Assembly (NCBI GenBank): GCA_027622665.1
Contig: JAQBYT010000017.1
Coordinates: 9,210-73,209, forward strand
Reading direction: 5' to 3'
Length of the DNA stretch: 64,000 bases
DNA from: Verrucomicrobiota bacterium
GTDB taxonomy: Bacteria > Verrucomicrobiota > Verrucomicrobiia > Opitutales > Seribacteraceae
Each line of letters opens with the position of its first letter. Position 1 is the stretch's first letter. This document shows, one piece after another, positions 18,458 through 27,440 of this stretch. The translations under genes were made by a program, and so were the position numbers. The notes beneath the pieces are model-generated. The model was not told the origin of the DNA. It made no database searches and saw nothing but the letters and a program-made list of their open reading frames with translations.

Positions 18458-20434
18458 ATGAAAAGTCTTTGGAACGACAAAGAAGCCGCTGCCTGTGAAG
18501 AATCCGATGGCGAACTCGGGCTCCGAGCTTACTCGTCGCGCCTGCTCGGATCGGACGAATCTCTCGTCCTTGCCGGTGGTGGCAATACTTCAGTCAAGTT
18601 GAGCGAGCCAAACGTCCTCGGGGAGAATGTCGAGCTTCTCTATGTGAAAGGCAGTGGTTGGGATCTCTCCGACATCGAACCTCCGGGTTTCGCCGGAGTC
18701 CGCATGGATCACTGCCTAAGATTACTGGAATTGCCCGAGCTGGCAGATGCCGTGATGGTGAACGAGCTCAAAACCCATTGCACTCTTGCCTCCGCTCCCA
18801 CTCCCTCTGTGGAAACTCTTCTTCACGCATGCCTTCCCTTTACCTATGTCGATCACACGCATGCAGATGCGGTCGTTACCTTAACCAATCTCACCGATGG
18901 CGAAGCCCGAGTCCGTGACGTCTATTCCGACCGCGTGCTCTATGTTCCCTACGTAATGCCCGGTTACGATTTGGCGAAGTATTGCGCCGACCTCTGGTCG
19001 CGTGAAGGTCGCGACGATCTCGAAGGCATCGTCCTACTCAAGCACGGCATGTTTTCTTTTGGACAGGATGCCCGTGAGTCCTACGAAAGGATGATCTCTC
19101 TTGTCAACCAAGCGGAAGATTACCTTCGAACTCAGGGCGTTTGGGGACTTCCACTTCCCTCTGAGAAACCGCCATCCCGTTTGGATACCCCGGCACTAGC
19201 CGCTTTGCGCCGGTCTCTTTCCACGGTTGCGGGTTTTCCCATGCTGCTGCGGGCCAATCGCTCGCCAAGGGCTTTGTCTTTTGCAAGCAACCAGCAGTGG
19301 ACGGATGCTCACAAGCGAGGAACTGCTACCCCCGACCACGTTATCCGTGTGAAACGGTCACCATTGGTCGGTCGTGACGTGACAGCCTACGCGGAGTCGT
19401 ATGGCGAATCCTTTAGTCGCAACGCCGCAAAGGTTGCCGGCGGTGAACGCCTCTCCATGCTTGATCCCGCCCCTCGTCTCGTTCTCGATCCTGAGTTCGG
19501 TCTCCTGTCCGCCGGGCGTCGACCGAGCGATTGTGCCGTTGCAGAAGCCATCGCTCTTCATACTTTCGATATAGTTGAGCGAACGGAAGCTCTCGGTGGT
19601 TACGAACCCGTGGGCGAACTGGACCTTTTCCGCATGGAATACTGGGAACTTGAGCAGGCCAAGCTAAACAAGCTTGGTGCACCTCCTGTTTTCGCCGGGG
19701 AGGTCGCTCTCGTTACCGGTTCCGCATCGGGCATCGGTCAAGCCTGCGTGAACTCTCTTCGATCTCGTGGATGTGCGGTGGTCGGTCTCGACCTCGACTC
19801 AGCCGAGCCTGCTATCGACTATCTTCCCATCGTCGGCGACCTTATCGATTCCGAATTCGTAGAGGACTCAATCGTCAAAACAGTAGAGGCTTTTGGCGGT
19901 CTTGACATACTTGTCCTGAATGCCGGTCTTTTTCCGCCAACTCAACGCATTGAGGAACTGGATGACGAAACTTGGAGCAAGACCATGGCGCTAAACTTGG
20001 ATGCAAACCAACGCCTGCTCCGTCTCTGTCATCCGTTTCTGAAATTAGCTCCGAACGGTGGTCGCGTCCTAGTAGTGGGATCCAAAAACGTACTGGCTCC
20101 CGGTCCGGGGGCTGCCGCATATTCCGCCTCCAAGGCGGCCATGACTCAAGTTGCTCGCGTTGCCGCACTCGAATGGGCCGCAGACGGCATTCGCGTAAAC
20201 GTTCTGCACCCCAACTCTGTGTTTGATACGAACCTATGGACTTCCGAAATACTCGAGAAACGCGCCCAAGCTTATGGAATGACTGTCGAGGAATACAAAT
20301 GTCGTAATTTACTCAAGACAGAGGTGTCCTCGCACGACGTCGCTGAAGCCGCCTGCGAACTTTGTGGTCCTCGCTTTTCCAAAACCACGGGTGCCCAGGT
20401 TCCCATTGATGGCGGTGAGGAGCGAGTCGTTTGA
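18458..20434 (+). CDS. Bifunctional class II aldolase / short-chain dehydrogenase
   Basis: GGGNTS, PSVETLLH, HTH and HG metal ligands; C-terminal SDR with TGSASGIG, NAG, YSASK. Confidence 0.93.
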   Translation: MKSLWNDKEAAACEESDGELGLRAYSSRLLGSDESLVLAGGGNTSVKLSEPNVLGENVELLYVKGSGWDLSDIEPPGFAGVRMDHCLRLLELPELADAVMVNELKTHCTLASAPTPSVETLLHACLPFTYVDHTHADAVVTLTNLTDGEARVRDVYSDRVLYVPYVMPGYDLAKYCADLWSREGRDDLEGIVLLKHGMFSFGQDARESYERMISLVNQAEDYLRTQGVWGLPLPSEKPPSRLDTPALAALRRSLSTVAGFPMLLRANRSPRALSFASNQQWTDAHKRGTATPDHVIRVKRSPLVGRDVTAYAESYGESFSRNAAKVAGGERLSMLDPAPRLVLDPEFGLLSAGRRPSDCAVAEAIALHTFDIVERTEALGGYEPVGELDLFRMEYWELEQAKLNKLGAPPVFAGEVALVTGSASGIGQACVNSLRSRGCAVVGLDLDSAEPAIDYLPIVGDLIDSEFVEDSIVKTVEAFGGLDILVLNAGLFPPTQRIEELDDETWSKTMALNLDANQRLLRLCHPFLKLAPNGGRVLVVGSKNVLAPGPGAAAYSASKAAMTQVARVAALEWAADGIRVNVLHPNSVFDTNLWTSEILEKRAQAYGMTVEEYKCRNLLKTEVSSHDVAEAACELCGPRFSKTTGAQVPIDGGEERVV

Positions 20435-20436
20435 AA

Positions 20437-20895
20437 TCAGTACGGAATTTCAATCCCTTCGGGGTCGAACAACAAATCCACCGCTGAACCGTAACTCGCT
20501 TCTTCGATAAAGGGGGCGAGTATTTCAAGGACCGATGGATCTTGCTCGAATTCAGGCTTTGTGGAGGGGTGCGGCCAATAGACGAGTCCCTCCTCGAAGG
20601 TTTGCATTCCCGAGGTGCGTATTTCGCATCGATAGAAGGAGAAGTTTTCTGCAGGCATGACGGGACTCCACTTCACGGCGGGCAATGTCTTCCATGCTTT
20701 TCCGATTCGGAATACATTGGGAGCGATGCAGACGTTTAAGGTCCCTCTGTAGTGAGATGAAAGGTCGAGTCCTCGCTCTGCGAATCTGGGTATTTGCAAG
20801 GCTAGGGTGCCTTCCGGAAAACGGTCGTCCCCTGCCATGCCGGACGCCACCCTGTGTCCTTCCTTCACTATGCCGGAAACTATCCTCTTGCTCAT
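20437..20895 (-). CDS. Hypothetical protein, possibly CTP-dependent riboflavin kinase-like fold
   Basis: N-terminal GIVKEGHRVASG, YRGTLNV, late LEILAP. Confidence 0.55.
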   Translation of the reverse strand: MSKRIVSGIVKEGHRVASGMAGDDRFPEGTLALQIPRFAERGLDLSSHYRGTLNVCIAPNVFRIGKAWKTLPAVKWSPVMPAENFSFYRCEIRTSGMQTFEEGLVYWPHPSTKPEFEQDPSVLEILAPFIEEASYGSAVDLLFDPEGIEIPY

Positions 20896-20982
20896 GACCT
20901 TCTTGCCAGTCTAATGATTTTTGCTACCTCCACAGAAGAGTATCGTCATCCTCATTTTTGTTTTTTTCAACTTCTATTCTCC

Positions 20983-22065
20983 ATGAAAGCTTTGTTACTT
21001 TTATTTTGCTTTGTTGGCATTGCCATGGCCGGTCGGGATTATCGGGCAGGCATTTTGGCAGGGACCGGCGAAATAGGCTTTTCCGGAGATGGCGGGCCAG
21101 CGTCTAAAGCCAAGCTCAACCAGCCCTTTGGCGTTGTTAAAGGACCTGATGGTGCTTTTTACGTTTGTGACGTGGGCAACCATGCCGTTCGGCGAATCGA
21201 CCCGGATGGCACCATCTCTACCGTGGCGGGTGTTGGAGAAGCCGGTTATTCGGGTGACGGGGGTCTTGCCCCGCGGGCCAAGTTGCGTGAACCTTATGAA
21301 GTGAGGTTTGATGAGGCGGGAAACTTATACTTTGTCGAGATGAAGAACCATATCGTTCGCATGGTGGACGCCAAGACGGGTTTCATCAGCACGATTGCTG
21401 GTACGGGACGGCCCGGCTTTTCCGGAGATGGCGGACCTGCGACTATGGCCGAGATGATGAACCCGCATAGCATTCAGTTCGGGAGAGATGGTCGACTTTA
21501 CGTTTGCGACATTGGAAATCATCGTATCCGCGTAATCGATTTTGTGACTGGTTTGATTTCCACCTTTTCGGGTACGGGCCAGCGAAAGACTTCTCCCGAT
21601 GGTTCGCCTGTTGCCGGAGCCTCTCTCCATGGTCCGAGAGCCTTGGACAGGGATTCCCGCGGCGATCTTTGGCTTGCTCTACGCGAAGGTAACGCCGTGT
21701 TCAGGCTGGACATGAAGGCCAAGCTCATTCGTCATGTCGCGGGTACTGGAAGCAAAGGTTTCTCGGGGAACGGGGACCTCGCCAAGAAAGCAACCCTTTC
21801 GGGCCCAAAGGGTATTGCCGTCGGCCCGAATGGGAACGTGTTCTTGGCCGATACCGAAAGCCACACGGTTCGATTCATAGACTTGAAGACTGGGCGCATG
21901 GAGCTTCTCGCGGGTGATGGACAAAAGGGGAATGGTCCTCCCATAGGTGATGCCCTGGATTCCCGAATGAACAGGCTTCACGGCATATACGTCGACAATA
22001 ACGGCTCGGTGTTCGTAGGGGATACGAACAATCACGTCGTTCGCGTTTTTCGCCCCCGGAATTAA
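20983..22065 (+). CDS. Secreted NHL-repeat beta-propeller protein
   Basis: Signal peptide MKALLLLFCFVGIAMA; repeated AGTGxxGFSGDGGPA...P..(V/I)...DG..YVCD.GNH units. Confidence 0.92.
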   Translation: MKALLLLFCFVGIAMAGRDYRAGILAGTGEIGFSGDGGPASKAKLNQPFGVVKGPDGAFYVCDVGNHAVRRIDPDGTISTVAGVGEAGYSGDGGLAPRAKLREPYEVRFDEAGNLYFVEMKNHIVRMVDAKTGFISTIAGTGRPGFSGDGGPATMAEMMNPHSIQFGRDGRLYVCDIGNHRIRVIDFVTGLISTFSGTGQRKTSPDGSPVAGASLHGPRALDRDSRGDLWLALREGNAVFRLDMKAKLIRHVAGTGSKGFSGNGDLAKKATLSGPKGIAVGPNGNVFLADTESHTVRFIDLKTGRMELLAGDGQKGNGPPIGDALDSRMNRLHGIYVDNNGSVFVGDTNNHVVRVFRPRN

Positions 22066-22081
22066 AAGACTAGCATTCCCG

Positions 22082-22825
22082 TTACCTGCCGAATTCCTCA
22101 AGCGTAGCTCGAGCGAATTCGGAGGAGGCATCCGTTATTGCGTCAAGGTTTTGCTCCACTGTCTTCCCTACGGCTTCGCGGGAAGCCGAGAGGAAGGTGT
22201 TGCACTCGTTTTGATCCATGAAGCGGGCAGCTTCGAGGAGCTGGTCCTGGTCTTCCTCGGGAATAACGATGAATCCATGTTTGTCGGCGTGGATCAGTTG
22301 TCCGGGCTTTATCTTAATTCCAAAAACATCCACCTCGCAATTCCAGCGAACCGGACAGGAGTAAGCGTGCCCGACGCACAATCGGCGGGCGAGGGTCTTG
22401 AATCCTGCGTCGGTCATTTCGTCTACGTCGCGTATGGCTCCGTCCTGAATGCAACCGACGCATCCAAGCGAGCGGCAAACGTTGGCATTTACCTCGCCCC
22501 AGTACGTACCTGCGCATTCGGGGTGATCGAGGTCTTGAGTGACCACAATTTTCGGTCCGGGTACGCTTGCCAGGTATTCCCGGTACTCGCCCCATGCCTC
22601 AGGGTTGTTTTTGAGGTGGCTTGGATTGCTTGGTTCGAAGACGGCGGTTACGGCATAGCCGACCATGGGGCCCATTTGCGGCATGAAGTCCCGAACCTCC
22701 TCAATGTTGACGTATCCTCCAGTCCGTTCCTTATTCGTTATTTGCTCCCAACCGTTATAAATGGTGGGTGTGTTCCAGCGCTTGAGTCCTAGCAGGTCAG
22801 CGTGACTGAGTTTCTGCTGACTCAT
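22082..22825 (-). CDS. RraA / HMG-aldolase family protein
   Basis: MVGYAVT, WGEV, DGAIRDVDE, PGQLIHADKHG; start MSQQKL at 22825. Confidence 0.88.
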   Translation of the reverse strand: MSQQKLSHADLLGLKRWNTPTIYNGWEQITNKERTGGYVNIEEVRDFMPQMGPMVGYAVTAVFEPSNPSHLKNNPEAWGEYREYLASVPGPKIVVTQDLDHPECAGTYWGEVNANVCRSLGCVGCIQDGAIRDVDEMTDAGFKTLARRLCVGHAYSCPVRWNCEVDVFGIKIKPGQLIHADKHGFIVIPEEDQDQLLEAARFMDQNECNTFLSASREAVGKTVEQNLDAITDASSEFARATLEEFGR

Positions 22826-23040
22826 GGACAAAAGCACTTGAAGAACCTGTGGCCCGTCCCTCCTGACCCAATTCGGACTCGTATGGGATGCATGCAACGG
22901 GGGCAGTTGCCGGTATAGGCAGTACCTTCTTTGTTTTTGTATATTCTACCGTAAGTGCCGCAGCGAACATAGTGTATTCCCAAGAAAGAGCCGTCGCGCT
23001 TTATTGGAATATCGCGAGGTTCCTCTTGGTTTGGGTTCAT
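22822..23040 (-). CDS. Small Cys-rich (zinc-ribbon-like) protein, 72 aa
   Basis: FLGIHYVRCGTYGRIY...CPRC...RFFKCFCP; ATGA overlap with the next gene. Confidence 0.7.
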   Translation of the reverse strand: MNPNQEEPRDIPIKRDGSFLGIHYVRCGTYGRIYKNKEGTAYTGNCPRCMHPIRVRIGSGGTGHRFFKCFCP

Positions 23041-23051
23041 TCCACAAATTT

Positions 23052-23738
23052 TTAGTCCTGCTCCCGCACCAATCCATCGACTTGCCTGGATGACATGTGG
23101 GCTTGCACCGATAGACCATCCGTACGGTCTAGTATTTCGGACACCCAAGACTTTACCTTTTCTTCGATGAACTTCAATTCCTTGTTGGCTTCGGGGTCTG
23201 AGGTCAGGGCGGTGAAACTGGTTTGAAGGTCGCTTACGGCTGCGTCGGTTTGCCCGAGCATTTCATGGAGTGCGTTGAGCATCCTCCGGACGGATGTTGC
23301 GTCGACTGTGTTTTCAGACGCCAAAGCTTCTACGTGATGTTTAACTGGATGTTGCTTGATCTTTGGGGCCTTTGGTCCGGCTCCCTTGAAGAGTTTGAAG
23401 GACTTTTCCTTATTCTCTCCACTGAAGAGCAGTCGCTTGTTGAATTCGAGGGTGGCTAACCATTTGAGTTCAACGAGCAACTCTCTAAGCCGTTCCGCAG
23501 TTTGTTCTTCTTCCTCTTGCTGCTTTTTCTTTGGAAGGAACTTTTCTTCACCGACCTCGGCCAAGCCGGCCATTGACTCGAGTACTTCCAGAGTTCGATT
23601 CAATACGTTCTGTTGTGTCTGCAGAAAAGAAATGGCAACCTGCAGGTGCTCTTCAAGCTTGTCCTTCGTCTTGAGAGGTATTTCGTCTTCCTTGAACGGA
23701 AGCTTTTTCTTCGTGTAGTTGGATAAACTTAGACGCAT
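23052..23738 (-). CDS. Divergent flagellin-like protein lacking the N-terminal segment
   Basis: AISFLQTQ..L...L..M..LA and ELL.EL..LA..EFNKRLLFSG resemble the flagellin N-terminal helical region; IL....LSVQAHMSS..V..LV resembles the C-terminal region. Probable ATG at 23738. Confidence 0.7.
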   Translation of the reverse strand: MRLSLSNYTKKKLPFKEDEIPLKTKDKLEEHLQVAISFLQTQQNVLNRTLEVLESMAGLAEVGEEKFLPKKKQQEEEEQTAERLRELLVELKWLATLEFNKRLLFSGENKEKSFKLFKGAGPKAPKIKQHPVKHHVEALASENTVDATSVRRMLNALHEMLGQTDAAVSDLQTSFTALTSDPEANKELKFIEEKVKSWVSEILDRTDGLSVQAHMSSRQVDGLVREQD

Positions 23739-23787
23739 TGGTAAGTATGGGAAAGGATTCACTTTGTGGCTTAATGCCGGCGTGAAA

Positions 23788-24936
23788 TCAAGCGGAAACC
23801 GCCTTCTCGGGAGGTAAGTCGGCCCGTCCGGGAAGAGAAGATCGGTAAAAACCTCCGCCGAGCAGACGTTCGCCATCGTATATGGCGATGACTTGCCCGG
23901 GGGCGAGTGCTCGTTGAGGTGATTCGAAAGTAACCTCTACCGATCCGTTGTCCAATAGGTGAAAGTCAATCGGAGCGGATGGGTCTCGATAACGAGGTTT
24001 AGCCAACAGCTTTTGACTACCGGTAATGCTTTCGCCAACGAAACTCAAATCGTCGACGAGAAAGGATTTTCCCCAAAGTCCGGGGGCATCCGGACCCTCA
24101 AAGGCAACAATTAGCCTTTTGGCATCCGGATCTTTTCCGACAACGACGAAATTTTCATTATCCGTATTTGAAGGTACGCCAATACCTCTTCTTTGGCCCA
24201 AGGTGTATCTGTGGAGACCGCGATGTTCGCCAACTACTTTCCCCTCGCTAGTTACGATTGCGCCGGGATCGTCATCGAGAAAGCCTTCAAGGAACTCTGA
24301 CACCTTTACCTTGCCGAGAAAGCATATTCCTTGGCTGTCCTTTTTATCGGCAACGGGAATGTTGCGCTCTTTGGCGATTCTACGTACCTCGGGCTTTGGG
24401 ATTTCGCCCAAGGGAAACCTCGCTGCCGCCAGTTGCTTCGGCAGGATGCGGGCTAGGAAATAGGACTGGTCCTTGTTCTTGTCCAGACCTTCCCATAACT
24501 GGGGCGTGCCGTCCCCGGCGAGCTCCCGTCTGCAGTAATGGCCCGTGGCCAAAGCCTCGAATCCTCTCTCCTCGGCGTGCTCGAGCAATTTCCCGAACTT
24601 CATCCGGCGGTTGCAGGTCACGTCGGGATTGGGAGTAATCCCATTTCGGTAGCCTTCCACCATCGGCTGGACCACATTCTCTTGATAGAAGTCGACGAAG
24701 TTCACGACTTCAAAAGGAATTCCCAAACATTCGGCCACGTCTTGGGCATCAGCAAGGTCCTGTGCTCCGGGGCAATCGCCCAGCACGTCCGTTTCGTGTT
24801 CCCAAGTCTTTACGTAGACACCTTCCACCTCGTGACCACCGTCGACCAGCAAGGCCGCCGCCACGGAGCTGTCCACGCCACCGGACAAGGCCACCATCAC
24901 TCGCTCATTTCTTCGGGACGTCATATTTTCTCCCAT
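23788..24936 (-). CDS. mnmA: tRNA 2-thiouridine(34) synthase
   Basis: SGGVDSS, TPNPDVTCN, ATGHY, KDQSYFL, DSQGICF, APGQ. Confidence 0.97.
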   Translation of the reverse strand: MGENMTSRRNERVMVALSGGVDSSVAAALLVDGGHEVEGVYVKTWEHETDVLGDCPGAQDLADAQDVAECLGIPFEVVNFVDFYQENVVQPMVEGYRNGITPNPDVTCNRRMKFGKLLEHAEERGFEALATGHYCRRELAGDGTPQLWEGLDKNKDQSYFLARILPKQLAAARFPLGEIPKPEVRRIAKERNIPVADKKDSQGICFLGKVKVSEFLEGFLDDDPGAIVTSEGKVVGEHRGLHRYTLGQRRGIGVPSNTDNENFVVVGKDPDAKRLIVAFEGPDAPGLWGKSFLVDDLSFVGESITGSQKLLAKPRYRDPSAPIDFHLLDNGSVEVTFESPQRALAPGQVIAIYDGERLLGGGFYRSSLPGRADLPPEKAVSA

Positions 24937-25008
24937 ACTATATTTCTATAACCTATCCGCAAAGATTTTTCGATTGTCGAAATTGGCTCATCCCTATTGT
25001 TGCATGGC

Positions 25009-27378
25009 ATGGCAAATAAGGTTTTGCGGATTTGGCGGGAATCTCGCGATTGCGGGCTCGTGGCTCTGGATCGAGATTGGAATGGCGAACCCATTACTGA
25101 CTTCCCATCGGAATGGAAGTCAGATGATGGGGCAGGGGAGTTTTTCCCGCTATCGCCAACCGAGCGAGGGTCTCTTTGTGGTTATGCTCGCGAAGGTGAT
25201 CAAGCATTGTTCCTTGTCGAACCGATCCTTTATCCCTTCTTGCTTCGTCCCGGCGCCAAAGCTTTTTTGGCAGGACCCTTCAACGAATGGGAAAAGGCCA
25301 GCGGTAACGATGATTGGCTTTTGACCCCTCGGGAAGACGGTCTTCTCGGGCTTGAGAAACCTTGGGATGAAGTGGCGAGCTTGGCTCCGTTCCCGTTCAA
25401 GTTCATTAACGGAGATGGAGCGTGGCTAAACCCACCGGACGAAGCTCCAAACGTCGAGCAATCCATGCCGGGGGCACGGAACTTGATCTTTCGGGAGAAT
25501 CGTTCTCACCGGGATCTCCTTCGTTTTCCCATTCCTCCCGACTTTGCTTCTGAAACCATCGAGGAGTTGGCCGAGCGGTTGATTCCCGAAGGTTGGTTCG
25601 GTGTTCGCGTGGAATCGGGGGAAACCTGCTTTCGACTCTTTGCCCCGAGGGCGAACGAGGTGACCGTTCACCTCTCTGAGAATCTTCCCTCCTTCCCTAG
25701 CGAAACACATTCTCTGGACAAGGATGAATCCGGAGCTTGGGAGATCAACCTGCCCAACGACCTTTCCGGATGGTTCTATGCCTACCGGGTGGGAGGCTCC
25801 AATGAAGAGACTTGTGCCGACTTCAATCAATCCGTCGAAGTGCTGGACCCTTACGCCATCGCTGCCGTTGGCCCCGTGGGACCGGGCATCGTTTTGGATC
25901 CCCGAAAGGCTGGATCAACAACTACCGAGCCTTTTTCTTCTCCTGCTCGTGAAGATCTGGTGATCGTCGAGGCTCACGTCCGCGATTTGCTCGCAAAGGC
26001 TTCTCTCGACCTTACTCCCTCCGAGCGACTCGGCTTTTCCGGTCTCGCTAAGTGGGTTCGTTCGAACGATTGCTACCTGTCCCGACTCGGAGCCAACGCC
26101 GTGGAACTGCAGCCCATTCTCGAGCCTGATGCCGAGACCGCTGACGAATACTTCTGGGGTTACATGCCGGTCAACTTTTTCGCTCCCGCCTCTCACTATT
26201 CGTTAAACCCCGAGCAAGCATCCGGCATTAGAGAATTCCAAGAAGTCGTCTCGGCCTTTCACGGCAAGGGAATGGCCGTCATCCTCGATCTCGTTTACAA
26301 TCACGTCGGCGTGCCCAATCACCTCGCCCGTGTCGACAAGGGGCTATACTTCGCAACCGACAAGTTCGGTCGCCTCACAAACCACAGCGGTTGCGGCAAC
26401 GACCTGAGGCCCAATTCGCCCGCCGCTCGCCGTCTCGTAATCGACAGCTTGAAATACCTTGTGCGAACTTTTGACGTCGACGGATTTCGTCTCGACCTCG
26501 CCGAACTCCTCGGCATCGAATTCCTCCGCGAAATTGAGCATGAGCTTCTATCGATAAAGCCGAGGCTTCATCTCATTGCCGAGCCATGGAGTTTTCGCGG
26601 TCGCCTTCCCGATGCCATGAGAGAGACCACCTATTCTCTCTGGGGAGACGATATGCGAGAAGGACTCCTCGATTACGCCCGAGGAAAAGGTGACGCCACC
26701 TCAGTCCTTCGTTGGCTTCAAGGCTCGCCTGGTAGCGTGTCCGCTCGTCCTTCCCAAACGGTAAACTACCTCGAGTCTCACGACGATTACGCATTCATCG
26801 ACCGCCTCACGGAAAGATCCCGCCGAAACGGCTCCAATCCTACCGAGCTCGACATTCGCCGTCATCGCCTCGCCCTCGCCGTGCTGCTTGCATCTCCCGG
26901 CGTTCCTATGCTCTCCGCCGGGCAGGATTTTCTTCGTTCAAAAAAAGGAGTTCGAAATACCTACCTTCGCGGCGATCTCAACGCACTCGATTACTCCCTT
27001 CTCGACAAGCATCCTGAGCACCATGCCTATATTCGCGACTGGATTGCCCTGCGCCTATCCGACACGGGCAAGCTACTCCGTCCCGCCAAGCATACCGGTG
27101 GAAGTTACTATCAATCCTTCCCATCGGAAGACGGGCAAGCCGCAGCTCTTCTCATTAACGCCGACCAATCTGCAGGATCGAGGCGTCTCTTGTTCGCCAT
27201 CAACCCGTCAGCCAACAAAGAAGTTCTTTTGCCCGTCACTCCCGAGCAATTCGGAGACTCCGTGCTTGTCGCGAACTCCGAGAAAGTTTCAACGCAAGGT
27301 CTTCAAGATAACTTTGCCCGCAAGACCGGTTGCCTTTGCCTACCCTCAACCTCAACTGCGATGTGGACGGTCTCTTGA
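25009..27378 (+). CDS. GH13 pullulanase-like debranching enzyme with CBM48-like domains
   Basis: WGY, DLVYNH, DGFRLD, IAEPW, YLESHDD, NTY. Confidence 0.9.
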   Translation: MANKVLRIWRESRDCGLVALDRDWNGEPITDFPSEWKSDDGAGEFFPLSPTERGSLCGYAREGDQALFLVEPILYPFLLRPGAKAFLAGPFNEWEKASGNDDWLLTPREDGLLGLEKPWDEVASLAPFPFKFINGDGAWLNPPDEAPNVEQSMPGARNLIFRENRSHRDLLRFPIPPDFASETIEELAERLIPEGWFGVRVESGETCFRLFAPRANEVTVHLSENLPSFPSETHSLDKDESGAWEINLPNDLSGWFYAYRVGGSNEETCADFNQSVEVLDPYAIAAVGPVGPGIVLDPRKAGSTTTEPFSSPAREDLVIVEAHVRDLLAKASLDLTPSERLGFSGLAKWVRSNDCYLSRLGANAVELQPILEPDAETADEYFWGYMPVNFFAPASHYSLNPEQASGIREFQEVVSAFHGKGMAVILDLVYNHVGVPNHLARVDKGLYFATDKFGRLTNHSGCGNDLRPNSPAARRLVIDSLKYLVRTFDVDGFRLDLAELLGIEFLREIEHELLSIKPRLHLIAEPWSFRGRLPDAMRETTYSLWGDDMREGLLDYARGKGDATSVLRWLQGSPGSVSARPSQTVNYLESHDDYAFIDRLTERSRRNGSNPTELDIRRHRLALAVLLASPGVPMLSAGQDFLRSKKGVRNTYLRGDLNALDYSLLDKHPEHHAYIRDWIALRLSDTGKLLRPAKHTGGSYYQSFPSEDGQAAALLINADQSAGSRRLLFAINPSANKEVLLPVTPEQFGDSVLVANSEKVSTQGLQDNFARKTGCLCLPSTSTAMWTVS

Positions 27379-27440
27379 ATTTCTTTCGTGGAAGCCATTC
27401 ATTCACTGACGGCTTTGAAATGAATAGGGGGGGCTTTTGG

